From Verrucomicrobiota bacterium (GTDB taxonomy: Bacteria > Verrucomicrobiota > Verrucomicrobiia > Chthoniobacterales > UBA6821), in assembly GCA_008932965.1 (NCBI GenBank), contig WBXG01000050.1, forward strand, positions 1 through 13,111: a stretch of DNA of 13,111 bases. The letters run 5' to 3'. The notes under the pieces were generated by a model that was given only the letters and a program-made list of their open reading frames with translations, made no database searches and was not told where the DNA came from. Shown here piece after piece: positions 1 through 8,571 of this stretch; the stretch's first letter is position 1, and every line of letters starts with the position of its first letter. The position numbers and the translations under genes are program-made.

Positions 1-761
1 AGACCATTGAAAGCGAACGTTCCTCCGTGGCCACATTACTGGCTGCTGAAATTGCCCATGAAATCGGCAACCCCCTTAACTCGCTTACAATTCATTTACA
101 GCTCTTAGAACGTCGTCTCAAACAAATCCCAAGTGAACAACGTCAGGATTTTGATAATTCTCTTTCTATTGCCCAAAACGAAGTAACCCGTTTAGACCAG
201 ATTATCAGCCAATTCCTTCATGCCATTCGCCCAACCCCAGTAGATCTCAACCTAGAGGATCTTAATGCTATCATACTAGAAACAGTCTCCTTCTTAAAAC
301 AGGAGATTCAAAATCGAAAAATAGAAGTAGACCTCGTTTTAGAAAAAAATATTCCACAGACCTGGCTAGATCGCAATCAATTCAAACAAGCTCTTTACAA
401 CATTATTCGTAATAGTTTTCAGGCAATGAAGGATGGTGGAATTTTACGTATTTTGACAGGTTACGATGCTACACACATTTGGGTAAGCATTGGAGATACT
501 GGCACTGGTATACCTACCAATGAATTTGACAAAATCTTTCAACCCTACTTCACAACAAAAACTGATGGTAATGGGCTCGGTTTGCACGTAGTCCAAAGGA
601 TCGTTAGAGCGCATCGTGGTGAGATCATGCTTGAAAGCAGCGAAGGAAAAGGACTGATTTTTACCATACGTTTACCCCACAGGGACTGCCGTGTTCGCTT
701 TTTACCATCTATTGAGCATTCCGCCAAAGAACCGCAGAGGAAGAAAAAAGTTGGCACATAA
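1..761 (+). CDS. Sensor histidine kinase, C-terminal HisKA + HATPase_c part (5'-truncated by the window edge), NtrB/AtoS-like
   Basis: The frame starting at nt 3 is open from the window edge (TIESERSS precedes the tool's GTG at 27). H-box AAEIAHEIGNPLN, N-box YNIIRNSFQAM, G1 IGDTGTGI, F-box FQPYFTTK, G2 GNGLGLHVVQRIV. TAA stop at 759-761. Confidence 0.9.
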   Translation, partial: TIESERSSVATLLAAEIAHEIGNPLNSLTIHLQLLERRLKQIPSEQRQDFDNSLSIAQNEVTRLDQIISQFLHAIRPTPVDLNLEDLNAIILETVSFLKQEIQNRKIEVDLVLEKNIPQTWLDRNQFKQALYNIIRNSFQAMKDGGILRILTGYDATHIWVSIGDTGTGIPTNEFDKIFQPYFTTKTDGNGLGLHVVQRIVRAHRGEIMLESSEGKGLIFTIRLPHRDCRVRFLPSIEHSAKEPQRKKKVGT

Positions 762-852
762 AGCATTCCTAACGCCGTTATAGATCGGAATGAAATATTC
801 AGGTTTAAAGTTGGTCCTTGCAGCACTTCAGTAGTAGTCTCTCACCATTTCT

Positions 853-2136
853 ATGATCACAAAATTTCGCAACCGACTTATTGCACTTTGTTGCTTTCTT
901 CTTTTTGTGGGAATTGGAACACTCTTTCTTTTGAATAATTCTATTCAAAAACCGTTCGCTATAATTCTTTTTATTGGTGACGGCATGTCACCTAGCTTGC
1001 TAACAGCCACAAGGCTTTATGAGGGAGGTGCCGACCATCGCCTCACACTTGAAGAATTTCCTCAAGTGGCTCTTACCCGCACCTATGCCAATGATTTTGC
1101 AGTTCCAGACACCGCTTCGGCTGCCACTGCAATTGCCACAGGAGAGCGGGTCAATCACCATAGTCTAGCAATGAGTCCTTCGGGAAAGCCACTCACAACT
1201 CTCCTAGAGGAGGCGATGAATAAAAATCGTGCACTGGGTCTTATTTCTAACGGTTCTCTAACTGGAGAAACAGTTGCAGCCTTCTATGCAAAATCACTCA
1301 ATGCCCAGGACAATAATGAGAATGCCAAACAGCTCGTAAAGCATTTTCCCATCGACCTGATGCTTGGTGGAGGTAGAAAATATTTCACGAATCTGGATTC
1401 CACTATTCATAAAAAAGAGGATCCAGAGACACCTGTTGAAAATCTAGATTTTCTTCAACAACTAGAAAAAAAAGGGGTGCTCGTTGTTAATTCCATTACG
1501 GAATTAGCTGCAATTCCAAGTTGGAAGTCCGCCCCCATCCTTGGACTGTTAGCAGAGGAGGCATTTCCATTTCAAAATGAACGAATTCAAAACGATACTC
1601 TTCCATCTCTAGCACAGCTCGTAGAACAAGCAATTCAGCGACTCCAGCACTCGCGTCACGGATATTTTCTTGTAGTAGATGATGCACTCATCGCGCAAGC
1701 TGCGTCGCTCAATAACGGAGAACAACTCTTTCATGAGATCTCTGAATTTGATCAAGCCATTGCAATTGCAAAACAATATGCAGGTCCTAACTCACTCATA
1801 ATTGCTACCGGGAAACAAAATCTTGGTGGGTTACGTATGAATGGATACCCCTTTCGAAATGATAAAGGAGTCGCTGTACTTGGCCTGAACCAAGAGGGGG
1901 CTCCCTCTATTACTTGGTCCACAGGACCAGGCCACAATATCAATGGGACGGAATCTAGTTCTGAAAACAACAAAGAAACAACAAGTATTTTTGCTGAACC
2001 AAGCTCTTTTTTAAAATCCTCTGCCATAGGTATTGCAGAAGATACTCTTTCCATGGCTATAGGACCTGGATCAGAACAAGTTCACGGGGTCATTGATTTA
2101 ACATCACTCTATGATGTTGTAAAAAAAGAACTCTAG
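853..2136 (+). CDS. Alkaline phosphatase (PhoA) family protein with an N-terminal signal-anchor; catalytic and metal-ligand residues mostly substituted (probable pseudoenzyme)
   Basis: ATG at 853. Hydrophobic N-terminus LIALCCFLLFVGIGTLFLL. Blocks colinear with E. coli PhoA (aligned by eye from memory): ILFIGDGMSPS ~ LLIGDGMGDS, VPDTASAATAIATG ~ VTDSAASATAWSTG, DLMLGGGRKYF ~ DVTLGGGAKTF, LPSLAQLVEQAI..GYFLVVDDALIAQAAS ~ VPTLAQMTDKAI..GFFLQVEGASIDKQDH, SLIIATGKQN ~ TLVIVTADHAH. TAG stop at 2134-2136. Confidence 0.85.
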   Translation: MITKFRNRLIALCCFLLFVGIGTLFLLNNSIQKPFAIILFIGDGMSPSLLTATRLYEGGADHRLTLEEFPQVALTRTYANDFAVPDTASAATAIATGERVNHHSLAMSPSGKPLTTLLEEAMNKNRALGLISNGSLTGETVAAFYAKSLNAQDNNENAKQLVKHFPIDLMLGGGRKYFTNLDSTIHKKEDPETPVENLDFLQQLEKKGVLVVNSITELAAIPSWKSAPILGLLAEEAFPFQNERIQNDTLPSLAQLVEQAIQRLQHSRHGYFLVVDDALIAQAASLNNGEQLFHEISEFDQAIAIAKQYAGPNSLIIATGKQNLGGLRMNGYPFRNDKGVAVLGLNQEGAPSITWSTGPGHNINGTESSSENNKETTSIFAEPSSFLKSSAIGIAEDTLSMAIGPGSEQVHGVIDLTSLYDVVKKEL

Positions 2137-2140
2137 CCGC

Positions 2141-3082
2141 CTATTTCAGAATATTTCCTTGAACCAACTTGACTGCAAGCTGCACTGCAGCCAGATAACT
2201 ATCTGAGCGAGCGATCCCCTTACCAGCGATTTCGTAGGCGGTACCATGATCTGGACTTGTGCGAATAAAAGGAAGACCAAGAGTGACATTGACTCCTTCA
2301 TGAAAGGCATGAAGCTTAAGAGGAATTAATCCTTGATCATGGTACATACAAAGAACGGCATCATAACTCCCTGTGGAGGCTTGCCAAAAAACGGTATCAG
2401 GGCTCAATGGTCCTACAAAGAGGGCCTCAGAATGCATTTCTGTGAGCCTTGTCACTGCAGGAGTAATGATTTTTTCTTCTTCATCTCCTAGATCCCCTCG
2501 TTCGCCTGCATGAGGATTGAGTCCAGCAATGGCAATACGAGGAGTTTTGAGCCCCCGTTGTTTTAAAAAATGAAGAAGCAAGCTTCCTACTCGAATAATT
2601 TCTGAAGCTTTTAATATTTTTGTAACATCGCAGAGAGGAACATGCGCCGTTACAAGAGCTACTGTTAACGCCCCTCCAGTGAGTAGCATTGCAAAATCGC
2701 TAACTCCTGCACGTGTTGCAAAAAATTCAGTCTGTCCTGGAAAAGCAAATCCCACTTCATGAAGATGATGTTTATTCACTGGGCCTGTCACTACTGCAGC
2801 CAACTCTCCAGAAAGACATTCTCTAGCAGACTGCTCTAGGGCCTTCATGGCTTCTTGAGAGGTCGCTCGTGTAGGATAACCAGGATTGACTGCTTCTCTA
2901 TTACCAATAATTTTTATGGAACAACCACACAGCAATGCTGGGTCTGCTTCTATTTTTTCAAGCACAGAAGAGAGAATTTCTGGTCCGACACCAGCAGAAT
3001 CTCCCACAGTAAGGCCAATGAGCAGATGTTTTAACGATCCAGCTAATCCTGAAATATTTTTATTAATAGGTCGATTGCTCAT
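2141..3082 (-). CDS. pdxA: 4-hydroxythreonine-4-phosphate dehydrogenase (PdxA family)
   Basis: 313-aa ORF with PdxA-family hallmarks: GDSAGVGPEI near the N-terminus, TEFF, NPHAGE(R)G, MYHDQG, IRTSPDHGTA. It lies immediately downstream of a surA-like gene on the same strand, as in the E. coli surA-pdxA operon. ATG at 3082-3080, TAG stop at 2143-2141. Confidence 0.9.
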   Translation of the reverse strand: MSNRPINKNISGLAGSLKHLLIGLTVGDSAGVGPEILSSVLEKIEADPALLCGCSIKIIGNREAVNPGYPTRATSQEAMKALEQSARECLSGELAAVVTGPVNKHHLHEVGFAFPGQTEFFATRAGVSDFAMLLTGGALTVALVTAHVPLCDVTKILKASEIIRVGSLLLHFLKQRGLKTPRIAIAGLNPHAGERGDLGDEEEKIITPAVTRLTEMHSEALFVGPLSPDTVFWQASTGSYDAVLCMYHDQGLIPLKLHAFHEGVNVTLGLPFIRTSPDHGTAYEIAGKGIARSDSYLAAVQLAVKLVQGNILK

Positions 3083-3147
3083 ATCCTAAAGTTGGAGTGC
3101 TTGAAAGATAGAGTGATATGAAGCATTATGGGAACGTCTTATGACAC

Positions 3148-4122
3148 CTAGAGAATTTTAATGTAGGCCTTGTCACGCAGTCCTTTCATCCATCTTTCCT
3201 GAGCTTGGAGCATCTCCTCTTCAATCAAATGTCGCTCAATTTCCTGCTGCACTTCTTGCAGCGGTTTAGTAGAGGCACTCTTCATTTCCTCAACCATCAA
3301 AATATAGTAACTATTATCGAGTTCTATAACAGGACTCACCTCTCCCGCCTTCATAGAAAAAGCGGCCTTTGAAAGGGTTTCATTAAGTGTCTTTCGTTCT
3401 ACCCAACCAAAATCACCTCCCGAATCTTGAGTCGAATCCTCCGAATACATTTGTGCCATCCGATCGAATTCCGCTCCTCCAGCAATTTTGTGACGAACCT
3501 CATCAGCCATTCCTTTTTTCGAAATCTTGGTCACGGTTCCTGTAGTATCTCCCTCATGCAGGACAATCATCCTCAGTTTAACCTGCTCTGGTGTTGTATA
3601 AGCAGATCGATTCTGATCATAGAAAGCACGGACCTTCACAGGGGAGACCACATAGTTCTCTTTGAGTTTAGAACTTCGCATAGCACTAACGATAATTTTG
3701 TCTTTTTGAAGCTGACGAAATCGTGCAAGGGAGTAGCCCTGACTTTGTAGGGTCTTAATAAAAACGGCTCGATCTCCTCCGAACTCCTCGCGAATAACCT
3801 TTGCAACAGAATCATCAATCACATACTCAGGAATCGTAAATTCTTTTTTCTTATACTCCTGAAGGATCAGGGAGCGATTAATTAAATCATTAATAGCTGA
3901 CTGGCGTAGCTCCTTAATTTTAGCTGCTAGTTGATCCCCTTGTAAGGTTTCTGCTGCTACTTTTTCTTGTGCTACTACTAATTCACGAACCTGAGAAAAA
4001 GTAATGACCTCATTATTTACAATGGCAGCCATTCCATTGATGATCTCTTCCTCAGCACAGAGCATGCCGCAAGAGAGGAAAGCAGTAAGGATTAAAAATA
4101 AAAGCGAACGCCAATAATTCAT
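3148..4122 (-). CDS. surA: SurA-like periplasmic chaperone / parvulin-type peptidyl-prolyl cis-trans isomerase (single PPIase domain)
   Basis: N-terminal signal peptide MNYWRSLLFLILTAFLSCGMLCA. SurA_N-like start (INGMAAIVNNEVITFSQV). C-terminal parvulin motif GGDFGWVERKTL...AFSMKAGEVSPVIELDNSYYILMVEE. Synteny with pdxA. At 324 aa it is shorter than the two-parvulin E. coli SurA. Confidence 0.75.
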   Translation of the reverse strand: MNYWRSLLFLILTAFLSCGMLCAEEEIINGMAAIVNNEVITFSQVRELVVAQEKVAAETLQGDQLAAKIKELRQSAINDLINRSLILQEYKKKEFTIPEYVIDDSVAKVIREEFGGDRAVFIKTLQSQGYSLARFRQLQKDKIIVSAMRSSKLKENYVVSPVKVRAFYDQNRSAYTTPEQVKLRMIVLHEGDTTGTVTKISKKGMADEVRHKIAGGAEFDRMAQMYSEDSTQDSGGDFGWVERKTLNETLSKAAFSMKAGEVSPVIELDNSYYILMVEEMKSASTKPLQEVQQEIERHLIEEEMLQAQERWMKGLRDKAYIKIL

Positions 4123-4205
4123 TGAACAAAAACAGGAACTGACTCTACACGGCCTCCATCAAGAGTACCATCACTTTTCAATAACCCGGTTATTTCATAC
4201 TGATA

Positions 4206-7200
4206 TCAATGTAGCCCTTCTAGAAATCCCAAAATTTCTTTTAATTTCGCCTCGGGTTTAATACTCGTGAGCCGTGGAAATTGGTGGCCCAGTAAAATAT
4301 AGTCTCCTCCACGTGTCATCATTAATTTGGGACCTCGTGTCTCTAATTTTGTAAGACGATGTTCTGCAGCAACACGACGGATCACTTCTAGGAGCAGGAG
4401 GTTTTTTGCTGGTAAAGGAAGAGAGCCAAAACGATCAGACCACGATTTTTTTAATTCCTCAAGAGCAAGTCGATTTGGAGCAGCAGCAAGGTGACGGTAG
4501 GCATCAATACGCATCGAGGCCTCTGAAAGATAATCTTCAGGAATAAAAGCAGGAAGCAGCTGGTCTACAAATTTCTGGTGATTCACTTTTTCTTTTTTTC
4601 TTTTTTCCTCTTGTGATATTGCCCAGGCAGAAGAAGAAAAAGCCACAAAATCGAACAATAGGCTTACCTCACTTACTTGAGGAGCCATCTCCGATTTTTT
4701 CCCTTGAAGCGTGGCGACAGCTTGATGAAGCATTTTACAATAAAAGTCAAAACCCACAGCAGTGATATGACCGCTTTGAGCTGTTCCAAGGAGATTTCCA
4801 GCACCACGAATTTCTAGATCACGCATGGCTATTTTAAAGCCAGCACCCAGCTCGGAATAGTGTCGAATGGCCTGGACCCGACGCCGTGCTTCACCTTCAA
4901 GCATCATGCTTCGAGGTAGTAAAAGATAGGCGTAGGCTTTGTGCTGACTTCGCCCCACGCGCCCTCGAAGCTGATAGAGATCAGCAAGCCCAAAACGATC
5001 GGCTCGATCGATGATGATCGTATTGGCATTAGGAATATCGAGCCCACTCTCAATAATAGTTGTGGAGACTAAAATATCGATCTCTCCTACAACAAAACGG
5101 TGCATGATTTCTTCGAGCGCTTTTTCCTCCATTTGTCCATGTCCCCAAGCGATACGGGCGCTGGGAATCAACTCTTGTAATCGGAGCGCTACTTTTTCAA
5201 TCGTTTGAACACGATTATGTAAAAAATAAACCTGACCACCACGGTCTAATTCCCGCTTAGCAGCATCGCGAATCAGCCGCTCATCATAGGCCGCGATCAA
5301 GGTCTCTACAGACTGACGATTGGCAGGAGGTGTTTCAAGCAAAGACATTTTTCGTGCACCCATGAGTGAGAGATAGAGTGTACGCGGAATTGGGGTCGCT
5401 GAGAGTGTCAGCATATCGACTAAGCGGAAGCGATCCTTAAAAGCCTCTTTATGCTTCACTCCAAAGCGTTGTTCCTCATCAACAATGACAAGCCCGAGAT
5501 TTTTGAAAATAATATCAGGTGAAAAAAGACGATGAGTTCCTACCACAAGATCGATGGAACCTGCTGCTAAACCGTGAGTCACTTGACGTTGCTCTGCAGC
5601 AGTGCGGTAACGACTCATCAGTTCAATGCTCACAGGAAAAGGACTCATTCGCTCGCGTAGCGTCTCATAATGCTGCTGTGCAAGGACAGTTGTAGGTGCC
5701 AAGAAGACCACCTGCTTGCCATCCATGAGGGCTTTAAAGGCAGCTCGCAAGGCCACTTCTGTTTTTCCAAAACCGACATCACCACACAACAACCGATCCA
5801 TCGGCTGAGGAGATTCCATATCTTGTTTGATCTCAGTAATAGCTCGAAGCTGATCTTGGGTCTCCTTGTAGGGAAAGCTTTTCTCTAACTCCCGCTGCCA
5901 GGGAGTATCCGGACTAAAGGTATGTCCGGAATGAATCTCACGTTCTGCTTGAAGCTTCAGTAATTTTCCAGCATAGAGGAAAATCGATTTTTCTGCTGCT
6001 GCGCGTGCCTTATGCCACTGCCCATTATTGAGCGAGGAGAGTGTTGGAATCGCTTTTCCCACTCCCACATAACGCGAGACTTTCCAAGCATGTTCAAGCG
6101 GAACAAAAAGCCGTGCCTCCTCATCAAATTCTAAAGCCAGCACCTCCGTGGCAGTCCCATCGGAGGAAGGAAGCAGCTGGATTCCTTGATAGCGTCCAAT
6201 ACCATAATCGGTGTGCACCACAAAATCCCCTTCTAAAAACTCTGTAAAATTCAGAGCAGAACGGACACTCCTATGTTCTTCCTGACGACGATGAAACCTC
6301 TGCCAACTACTGCGGGCAGAACGTCCAAAAATTTCTGCATCGGAAAGAAACACAAGGGAGGCTTTTGGGAAAGAGAAACCCTCTTTTAATTCACCCTGAC
6401 GCAATGCAACAGAAGAGGCATCCAGTGGAGATTTTTGGAGCAACTCGGAAAACCTCTCCTCCTCCCCTTCAGTGCTGCTAAATAAAATCACATCATTCTT
6501 GGAATGGCACCATGCATGAACTTGTGCAAAAAATTCTTTTCGCTTGGACTCTTGCATCACAAAATCACCAGCTCCAAAAGAAGCAAAAGGGATGGGATAG
6601 CACGCAACATCATACCTTTTTTGGAATTGGGATTCGATACTTTGAGATAGATCCATTCCTTCAATAATACGAATTTTGGTTGCAGCGATTTTTTTAAATG
6701 ATTCCTCATCATGAGGAAAATCATCCCCCAAGATCACCACGAGATCTTCTGTGGAAATGAGTTGAGCAAAGGGAATGGTCCCCTTCTCAAGATCAGCACT
6801 CTGGATTTCACAAACTTTTTTTTCTTGAATCGAACGCTGAGAATGAGGATCGAACGTGCGCATTGAAATAACTGCAGTTTCATCAAACTCCAAGCGGTAA
6901 GGTAAGTTGCTTTGCCAAGGAAAGAGATCGAGGATTCCTCCACGCAAGGCCAATTCACCTCGAGAGGCAACTTGAGACGTACGGGCAAAACCAAGTTTAT
7001 AAAGTCGTTCTACAACCTCGTTGGGAGAAGCTTTGAAACCAAGATCGATTTGCCACAGAGCAGATATGAGCTCTTTTGGGGAAGGAACATTCTGAGTCAA
7101 GGTACGTGCTGTTATCACTGTGGTTAAGACCTCCCCCTGAGCATATCTCCCTAGAATATCCAATCGCTCTGATAAGAGCTCTGGATCTGGAAGGCCAAGC

Positions 7201-7496
7201 CCCTCTGCGCTCATCTCTATATCTGGAAAAAAAAGAGTTCCAGGTAACCACGATTGCAGTTCCTGAAAGCAATACTCCTCTTTTTTTATATCAGAGCAAA
7301 GAATCCAAACAGGCTTCGCTTTTTTTAATGTTGCAATGATTGTTGAACACAGAAAAGACCAAGCCGCTTGGGTTACATGGGTGAGCAAGAACTCCTCCCC
7401 TGATTTGGCAACATCATATTCCTGAAGGAATCGAGCTAGAGAGGGATCACGAAGGGCTTTTAAGAAAAGATCGTGATGAGGATGTTTAGAAACCAT
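4206..7496 (-). CDS. mfd: Transcription-repair coupling factor Mfd
   Basis: 1096-aa ORF. UvrB-homology N-terminal module (RGGILDLFPWQSNLPYRLEF), RNAP-interacting/CarD-like segment (GDFVVHTDYGIGRYQG), SF2 translocase motifs: Walker A GDVGFGKTEVA, DEEQRFG, LTLSATPIPRTL, QLRGRVGRS. ATG at 7496-7494, TGA stop at 4208-4206. Confidence 0.97.
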   Translation of the reverse strand: MVSKHPHHDLFLKALRDPSLARFLQEYDVAKSGEEFLLTHVTQAAWSFLCSTIIATLKKAKPVWILCSDIKKEEYCFQELQSWLPGTLFFPDIEMSAEGLGLPDPELLSERLDILGRYAQGEVLTTVITARTLTQNVPSPKELISALWQIDLGFKASPNEVVERLYKLGFARTSQVASRGELALRGGILDLFPWQSNLPYRLEFDETAVISMRTFDPHSQRSIQEKKVCEIQSADLEKGTIPFAQLISTEDLVVILGDDFPHDEESFKKIAATKIRIIEGMDLSQSIESQFQKRYDVACYPIPFASFGAGDFVMQESKRKEFFAQVHAWCHSKNDVILFSSTEGEEERFSELLQKSPLDASSVALRQGELKEGFSFPKASLVFLSDAEIFGRSARSSWQRFHRRQEEHRSVRSALNFTEFLEGDFVVHTDYGIGRYQGIQLLPSSDGTATEVLALEFDEEARLFVPLEHAWKVSRYVGVGKAIPTLSSLNNGQWHKARAAAEKSIFLYAGKLLKLQAEREIHSGHTFSPDTPWQRELEKSFPYKETQDQLRAITEIKQDMESPQPMDRLLCGDVGFGKTEVALRAAFKALMDGKQVVFLAPTTVLAQQHYETLRERMSPFPVSIELMSRYRTAAEQRQVTHGLAAGSIDLVVGTHRLFSPDIIFKNLGLVIVDEEQRFGVKHKEAFKDRFRLVDMLTLSATPIPRTLYLSLMGARKMSLLETPPANRQSVETLIAAYDERLIRDAAKRELDRGGQVYFLHNRVQTIEKVALRLQELIPSARIAWGHGQMEEKALEEIMHRFVVGEIDILVSTTIIESGLDIPNANTIIIDRADRFGLADLYQLRGRVGRSQHKAYAYLLLPRSMMLEGEARRRVQAIRHYSELGAGFKIAMRDLEIRGAGNLLGTAQSGHITAVGFDFYCKMLHQAVATLQGKKSEMAPQVSEVSLLFDFVAFSSSAWAISQEEKRKKEKVNHQKFVDQLLPAFIPEDYLSEASMRIDAYRHLAAAPNRLALEELKKSWSDRFGSLPLPAKNLLLLEVIRRVAAEHRLTKLETRGPKLMMTRGGDYILLGHQFPRLTSIKPEAKLKEILGFLEGLH

Positions 7497-8337
7497 GAAG
7501 GGAATGGTATTTTCTCGCTAGCTCAAGACCAAGATTGTAATGAGGCAAGCGAACTCCATCAAGCATCGCAACCGGCATCACACCAAGACGTGAATTGGTA
7601 ATGACCATGGCTCGAACTTGGGAAAGATCGGCACGGCTGATGTCACACTCGATCATTTGAGGAAGTTGCTTATGCGCCCAATCGAGCACCACCCCCTCTC
7701 GAGCTCCTAGCAAGGGTGAGGGAGTCATCAGGTTGAGCTCACCTTCCTCTTCCAACCACAGAATCACATTAGAGATGGCCCCAGAAATCAAAAAACCATC
7801 TTCATTAAAAACCAACCCCTCCTCAGCACCTTCTTTTCTTGCCTCCTGCAATGCACAGATATGATCCCAATAATTTCCATTTTTAATACCCCAATATTTA
7901 CTCCCAATATGTTTTGTCAGGGAAATCACTTTTGTTCCTTGATTCATTTTTTGTATCGATGGAAAGGAGGAAACTTCCCACAAGGCGACAATTCGAGGGT
8001 TAACCACCGGTTCTCCTAGCCCTCCCTCCCCGGCAGTGAGAAAAATCCTAACTACTCCATCCTGGAATGGTGTTGTTGTTAAAAAGTGACTTAAACTCTG
8101 CTGCCACTCTGTATCAGTTCCGAAATGATGTTTCTTTGCAGCCTTTAGCAGCCGATCTATGTGCTGCTCAACAAATAAAGGGGTACCATGCCGCACCGCC
8201 ACTGTTTCAAAAAAATGCTGCCCATAGCGAAAGCCCCGATCACTGAGTGGAATTCCATGAGGAGATAGCTCCATAACTCTTTCTTGGAGCATCCACGATT
8301 GAAAAGAAGATGTTAGTGAGTTGGATAAATCAGACAC
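7486..8337 (-). CDS. Fold-type IV PLP enzyme (class IV aminotransferase family), aminodeoxychorismate lyase-like
   Basis: LSDRGFRYGQHFFETVAV near the N-terminus. Putative catalytic Lys context GIKNGNYW. EGLVFNEDGFLISGAISNVILW and the ~280-aa length fit PabC/D-amino-acid aminotransferase-type proteins. The start is uncertain: GTG at 8337 (tool), ATG at 8292 or ATG at 8274 are all in frame. The stop at 7488-7486 overlaps the mfd start by 11 nt. Confidence 0.75.
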   Translation of the reverse strand: MSDLSNSLTSSFQSWMLQERVMELSPHGIPLSDRGFRYGQHFFETVAVRHGTPLFVEQHIDRLLKAAKKHHFGTDTEWQQSLSHFLTTTPFQDGVVRIFLTAGEGGLGEPVVNPRIVALWEVSSFPSIQKMNQGTKVISLTKHIGSKYWGIKNGNYWDHICALQEARKEGAEEGLVFNEDGFLISGAISNVILWLEEEGELNLMTPSPLLGAREGVVLDWAHKQLPQMIECDISRADLSQVRAMVITNSRLGVMPVAMLDGVRLPHYNLGLELARKYHSLHGF

Positions 8338-8571
8338 AAGTCCATAGTACTTAAAACGAAATTTAGACTAAAGTGTCATGAGGTGCCGTGCAACGCTTAT
8401 TAGCATAAGGCGGGCGAATGATAGTAGTGCCAGGCTGTAGGGGAGTACAGCCCTCCCCCAAATCACAATTCGAAACCAACACACTATTAATGGGCTTTTC
8501 AAAAACCGTAATAGATTAATTGTGAAATATGCGGGTTAAAGACTTTTTAACGAAACTTGCAGATAAAAAAC

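Noticed and set aside
8380-8470. ZTP/pfl (folate-purine) riboswitch upstream of the pabC-like gene, suggested by GGGGAG and GCCUGGCA-like strings on the minus strand
   Set aside because: The order and content of the conserved elements, as I recall them, do not match. There is no upstream ACUGGCG-type strand or CCGCCUGGGC 3' element in the right arrangement. The resemblance is limited to short GC-rich words.
8462-8485. tRNA or tRNA-fragment (possible integration-site remnant), suggested by ggtttcgaatt on the minus strand resembling a T-loop
   Set aside because: It has an extra T relative to GGTTCGAAT. There is no complementary T-stem, acceptor stem or anticodon arm in the flanks, so no cloverleaf can be drawn.
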